Made by a program: the position numbers and the translations under genes. A stretch of DNA of 64,000 nt, from NCBI GenBank assembly GCA_947464335.1, contig CANHWG010000001.1, positions 24,835-88,834 of the forward strand, in the 5' to 3' direction. Each line of letters starts with the position of its first letter. Within the stretch, counting starts at the first letter, position 1. The DNA comes from Flavobacteriaceae bacterium. Lineage in GTDB: Bacteria > Bacteroidota > Bacteroidia > Flavobacteriales > Flavobacteriaceae. Positions 59,844 to 64,000 of the stretch are shown one piece after another. The notes beneath the pieces were generated by a model that saw only the letters and a list, made by a program, of their open reading frames with translations, had not been told where the DNA came from and made no database searches.

Positions 59844-60524
59844 ATGATAAGAAAAATTATTCGTTGGATTTGGAAAGTCATGCTTTGGTTTTTTGGGCTT
59901 TCAGTTATATCGGTGCTTATTTTCAAATGGGTGCCTGTTCCGTTTACGCCATTAATGGTAACTAGAATTATCGAGTTTAAACTTGATGGTAATGATGCCA
60001 TTTACAGTCATAAATGGGTTCCGTTAGAAGAAATATCACCCAACTTGCAAAAAGCGGTTATTGCTAGCGAAGACGGAAACTTCTTAAAACATTATGGTTT
60101 TGATTTTAAGGCCATGCAAAAAGCATTCAAAAACAATAGTAAAGGGAAGAGGTTAAAAGGAGGAAGTACTATTTCACAACAAACGGCAAAAAATGTTTTC
60201 CTTTGGCAAGGCAGAAGCTACATTCGTAAAGGGTTAGAAGCTTATTTTACGGTACTGATAGAATTGATTTGGGGTAAAGAGCGCATTATGGAAGTCTACC
60301 TTAATAGTATTGAAATGGGTAATGGAGTCTATGGAGCTCAGGAAGCCGCAAGACATTGGTACAGAAAAGAAGCAATAGATTTAACGAAAAATGAAGCCGC
60401 TGGAATTGCAGCCATTTTACCTAACCCCAGAAAATACAAAGCTTCTAACTCTTCATCGTATATTAATAAAAGAAAAGTTAAAATCATGAGAGTCATGAGG
60501 CATCTCGGAAAAATAGAGTATTAA
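59844..60524 (+). CDS. mtgA: Monofunctional peptidoglycan transglycosylase
   Basis: ASEDGNF, GGSTISQQTAKN, RKGLE, EVYLNSIE (GT51). Confidence 0.92.
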   Translation: MIRKIIRWIWKVMLWFFGLSVISVLIFKWVPVPFTPLMVTRIIEFKLDGNDAIYSHKWVPLEEISPNLQKAVIASEDGNFLKHYGFDFKAMQKAFKNNSKGKRLKGGSTISQQTAKNVFLWQGRSYIRKGLEAYFTVLIELIWGKERIMEVYLNSIEMGNGVYGAQEAARHWYRKEAIDLTKNEAAGIAAILPNPRKYKASNSSSYINKRKVKIMRVMRHLGKIEY

Positions 60525-61444
60525 TGCGTTATCTGCTATTAATTGGGCTGCTTATTCCAACTCTGGGTTGGACACAAAAAAACAATTTCGAGTTAGGTCT
60601 TCATTTGGATAATGATTCGTTTGTTTCTACTTTCAATGATTTTTATTACACTAGTGGTTTGTTTTTGTTTGCTAATTATAGTTCAAGTAAGTCTACTTCG
60701 GAGAAAAAAATAGTTCATGGGTTTAAGATTGGTCAGGAAATTTATAACCCAAGAGAGGTGAAATCCTTTTTTCCTGATGATCACAATAGACCTTATGCCG
60801 GATATTTGTTTGCAGAATATAATAGAACTAAAATGTATGCTTCAAATCGTATCATTGGTATGACTTTTAAGTTAGGTGTTATTGGTCCTGATTCAAAAGC
60901 TGCCGATTTTCAAGAATGGATGCACACTACTTTTGGTTTTGGAGAAATTATGGGTTGGGAACAACAGATACACAATCTTTTAGTTATTCAATTTGGATTA
61001 AGCTACTCTAAGCCGATTTTTAATAGAATAGCTTCTGATAAAGTAGATTTTCATCTTTTGGCAGCTACCGAAATAGGAACTGCTTTTTCAAGTGTACACA
61101 TTGGAACTTTAGTAAGAATCAGTTTATCTAAACCACTTACGTCTATCCAAAATTCTAATTACTATAATGGATTGGGAACTGCTATAAAAGAGGTGTATTT
61201 TTTTGTGTCTCCAAAGGTTAATATACAAGCTTATGACGCCACAATTCAAGGAAGCATGTTTAACAATGAAAGCCCAGTAACCTTTAATTTGAAGCCAGTT
61301 CGATTCAATGGAGAAGCAGGAATAAAAATCAAGTATTATCAATACAATCTTTCCTGTATGTTTAATTATACTTCGGATGAAATCAAAAACAGTTCCGCTA
61401 AAGGATATTTTTACGGGTTAATAGTTGGGTCGTATGTTTTTTAA
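60524..61444 (+). CDS. Lipid A deacylase LpxR family outer membrane protein
   Basis: DNDSF...DFYYTSG, GQEIYNP, RPYAGYL, GWEQQI. Confidence 0.8.
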   Translation: MRYLLLIGLLIPTLGWTQKNNFELGLHLDNDSFVSTFNDFYYTSGLFLFANYSSSKSTSEKKIVHGFKIGQEIYNPREVKSFFPDDHNRPYAGYLFAEYNRTKMYASNRIIGMTFKLGVIGPDSKAADFQEWMHTTFGFGEIMGWEQQIHNLLVIQFGLSYSKPIFNRIASDKVDFHLLAATEIGTAFSSVHIGTLVRISLSKPLTSIQNSNYYNGLGTAIKEVYFFVSPKVNIQAYDATIQGSMFNNESPVTFNLKPVRFNGEAGIKIKYYQYNLSCMFNYTSDEIKNSSAKGYFYGLIVGSYVF

Positions 61445-61479
61445 ATGAAAAACGCTTCAGTCTGAAGCGTTTAAAAGTT

Positions 61480-61860
61480 TTAGTAAAACAATGGTTTGTA
61501 TTGTTGCCAATGTTTATAAATTAAAACACCATTAAATACCACTATAATGAGTGCGATTGGCACACCTGGGATGTCTAAAAACAGATGAAACATTAAAATA
61601 TTAAGTGAAATTGGTGCTAATAATAGTAACGCAAATGCAATCCATTTTTTTAGCAATAGCATTACTCCAATTACCAACTCTAAAAAGCCAACAATTGGAA
61701 AAATATAACCTGTTGCTCCAAGGGAATTTATAAATTGTCCAGCTGCAGTAGTTCCATCTGGCTGATCCAAAGGTAAAAAATGATGAATCATATTGGCTCC
61801 AAAAATAACCAACACTATGCCTAGTATAATTCTAACTATTTTAGTAAACATTGATTTCAT
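61480..61860 (-). CDS. DoxX family membrane protein
   Basis: RIILG, TGYIFP, APISLNILMFHL; 4 TM. Confidence 0.8.
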   Translation of the reverse strand: MKSMFTKIVRIILGIVLVIFGANMIHHFLPLDQPDGTTAAGQFINSLGATGYIFPIVGFLELVIGVMLLLKKWIAFALLLLAPISLNILMFHLFLDIPGVPIALIIVVFNGVLIYKHWQQYKPLFY

Positions 61861-62057
61861 AACAATAAATTTTTGTTAGTATTAATGTAAAAATAGCACA
61901 AATTATTCTCAACAAAAGTAGTTTAGGATTAAATGTTTTGGATAGGTGTAATTAGTGGAAAATAAAAATCAACACAAAAAATAATTAATACATCAATACA
62001 TATAAAAAAGGGACGCTGTTTTAGACGGCATCCCTTTTTATATAAAGATAATTTTAA

Positions 62058-62609
62058 TTATTGCACAACAACCGGATAAGTAATTGCAGCGTCTGTAGAT
62101 CCGCCAGCATTAGTGATATCTCCAGTTGCTACTCCATCAGCAGATTTGTTTGGTTCGTGTCTTAGTGTTACCAATAAATTTCCTGAAGTTGCATTTCCAG
62201 TGAGCAGCGTAAACTGAATACCAATGGGTTTTCCGTTGGCATCAGTATCATTATACGTAAATGTTCCTAACGCACTTGGTGCCTGAAAAAATAATTGATG
62301 ATCAACGCCTTCGTCTACGATTTCGGTTGTAATGTTTTCTGCCGGAGTTTCAGTTTCGTTTAAAAAGGAAACGGAACCCATATAGCTAGTATTAGCAGAT
62401 AAATTTCCGGATACTGTTATTACGGGTGCATTTGGGCCATCACCATCTAAATCTCTAGAAGTAAGCGTTACTACTTGTCCACCACCTGTTAAAGTAGTGG
62501 TAACGGTTGTGATTACTTCGTCCTCATTTACAGGTTTGTCATCATTACTACAAGAACTTAATGAAGTTACTATTCCAATTACGATTGCTAAAGTTGTAAA
62601 TTTTTTCAT
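62058..62609 (-). CDS. Lipoprotein associated with the TonB-dependent receptor
   Basis: Lipobox LSSC, NEDEVITT, DLDGDG, HQLFF, TLRHEPNK. Confidence 0.75.
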   Translation of the reverse strand: MKKFTTLAIVIGIVTSLSSCSNDDKPVNEDEVITTVTTTLTGGGQVVTLTSRDLDGDGPNAPVITVSGNLSANTSYMGSVSFLNETETPAENITTEIVDEGVDHQLFFQAPSALGTFTYNDTDANGKPIGIQFTLLTGNATSGNLLVTLRHEPNKSADGVATGDITNAGGSTDAAITYPVVVQ

Positions 62610-62628
62610 TATTTTAATTTTTTTGTAT

Positions 62629-64000
62629 TTAATAATTAATTTTTAATTGAATTTGAAAGTTTCTACCTATTTCATCGGTATAGAAACGTTGTCGGTTTAA
62701 ATAATCTCTGTAATTTGTATCTAAAATGTTAAATACAGAAAAACCTAGTGTTGCCAAAGCGTGTTTAGAAGTTTTAAACTGCACTTCAGAAGAAAAGTGT
62801 AACAGATGATATCCTGGTGGCGGTGTACTGATATCAACTTCAATGGGAGTTAACTCATTGTTTACAATAATATTGGTGGTAAAATTGTTGTTTGGGAATT
62901 GTGTTTGTTGTAACATAATCTCGCTTTGCAATTCAAGTGTCAAATTGTTCCAATTCTTTTTGTTGAATTGTATTCGGTTGTTAATATTCAACGGTGGCAT
63001 ATCAATTATGGCGTCGTCATTAGTTTTATCTTTTCCGTTAACATACGATAACAGTAAATGATGTTGCCAATGTTCACTGATTTGCCATTCGGAATGGATA
63101 TCAATTCCGGTCAACAAGGCATTGCATTGCTCATATTCCCAGACTGGAAAATCGCCGCGGTTTGTTTTTTCAAAACCGGTAGGTTTTAAAAACATAAAAT
63201 CTTCAACATAGTTTAAAAACGGATTGATGTTAATCTTGAAATTGCTCCATTTTTTTTGCAATGAAGTCCCAATCTTATTTGACTTTTCTTGTTGTAATCG
63301 CAAGTCTCCCAATTCTATCATTCCAGTAGAATGATGCAACCCATCACTAAAAAATTCAGATGGATTAGGATTTCTAACGGCACGACTCACATTAAAATAC
63401 CATTCATATTCTTTTCCAAAGGAATATTGTGTTCCAATACTTGCTGAAAAGTTATGGAACGTAAATGAAGGTTTGGTCAACCATTGTGTTTGTGTATCAT
63501 TTTCTCCTACAATAAACGAATCAAATTCTGGACTGTAGTTTCTTTCATTCCATCTTGTTTTTTTGTAGTACTTGGTTGCTTCAATAGTTGAAAAATCATA
63601 TCGAATTCCGGCTTCTATAGAAAAACCCGTGGAGAAGTGTTTGTCAACAACAGTATATATTCCCGCATCTATTTTGTTATAACTAGGTATTAAAGGAGCA
63701 ACGCCATTGTTTGGACTGGCAGCATTATTTTGATAAGAACTCGAAATCCCTGCTTTATAGTCCCAAGTGTCTTTACTCAATTTATAATCGGCATTTAACG
63801 TGTGCGTCATTAAGTTTAAACTTAATGCTGGTCTTGAATCGGAAATTCCGGTTCTTGTATCAAATTCTTTTCGGTTATTAAATTGAAAAGCATATTGCAA
63901 ACTAATAGTCTCTTTATCTTTTAGGTAATAATTATAATTGAATTTGGCCAAATGATGTTGCACTTTTTGTTTTGGATTTTTAATCGAATAGGTAAAATCG
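62629..64000 (-). CDS. TonB-dependent receptor, C-terminal part; truncated by window end
   Basis: Frame open to the window edge; RNPNPSEFFSDGLHH, NILDTNYRDYLNR, terminal GRNFQIQLKINY. Confidence 0.88.
   Translation of the reverse strand, partial: DFTYSIKNPKQKVQHHLAKFNYNYYLKDKETISLQYAFQFNNRKEFDTRTGISDSRPALSLNLMTHTLNADYKLSKDTWDYKAGISSSYQNNAASPNNGVAPLIPSYNKIDAGIYTVVDKHFSTGFSIEAGIRYDFSTIEATKYYKKTRWNERNYSPEFDSFIVGENDTQTQWLTKPSFTFHNFSASIGTQYSFGKEYEWYFNVSRAVRNPNPSEFFSDGLHHSTGMIELGDLRLQQEKSNKIGTSLQKKWSNFKININPFLNYVEDFMFLKPTGFEKTNRGDFPVWEYEQCNALLTGIDIHSEWQISEHWQHHLLLSYVNGKDKTNDDAIIDMPPLNINNRIQFNKKNWNNLTLELQSEIMLQQTQFPNNNFTTNIIVNNELTPIEVDISTPPPGYHLLHFSSEVQFKTSKHALATLGFSVFNILDTNYRDYLNRQRFYTDEIGRNFQIQLKINY

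Overview
AT-rich Bacteroidota chromosome segment, most consistent with Flavobacterium (T9SS C-terminal domain protein, sdhCAB without sdhD, glyQS, pdxA-yceD-rpmF-fabH-accB-accC, TAnnTTTG-type promoters). Most of the window is housekeeping. The standout is an ~11 kb regulatory island at 21.7-32.7 kb, between glyQS and a DUF3575-like gene. It holds one LytTR regulator with an Asp-to-Glu receiver, two NarL-type regulators and two TPR-sensor HisKA_3 kinases whose sensor halves are much more AT-rich than their kinase halves. It also holds a 98-aa secreted precursor with four tandem copies of a 19-aa Gly-rich peptide. Three promoters share a GTACAC-N5-GTGTAC palindrome and a leader hairpin. Two of them are ~97% identical 310-bp leaders, each driving a different secreted pro-protein with a 4-Cys C-terminal peptide, followed by an unannotated 55-57-aa membrane protein. 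I read this, as inference, as a candidate peptide-pheromone (quorum-sensing-like) circuit controlling exchangeable bacteriocin/immunity cassettes in a Gram-negative bacterium. Other items: an integrase-less islet in a tRNA(CAT) whose displaced fragment is the 5' half plus promoter, a four-helix-bundle gene between sdhA and sdhB flanked by inverted heptamer repeats (with empty look-alike sites elsewhere), several REP/MITE-like elements, and a minimal PID-CTERM-like protein. All functional calls come from motif recognition by eye; no searches were run.
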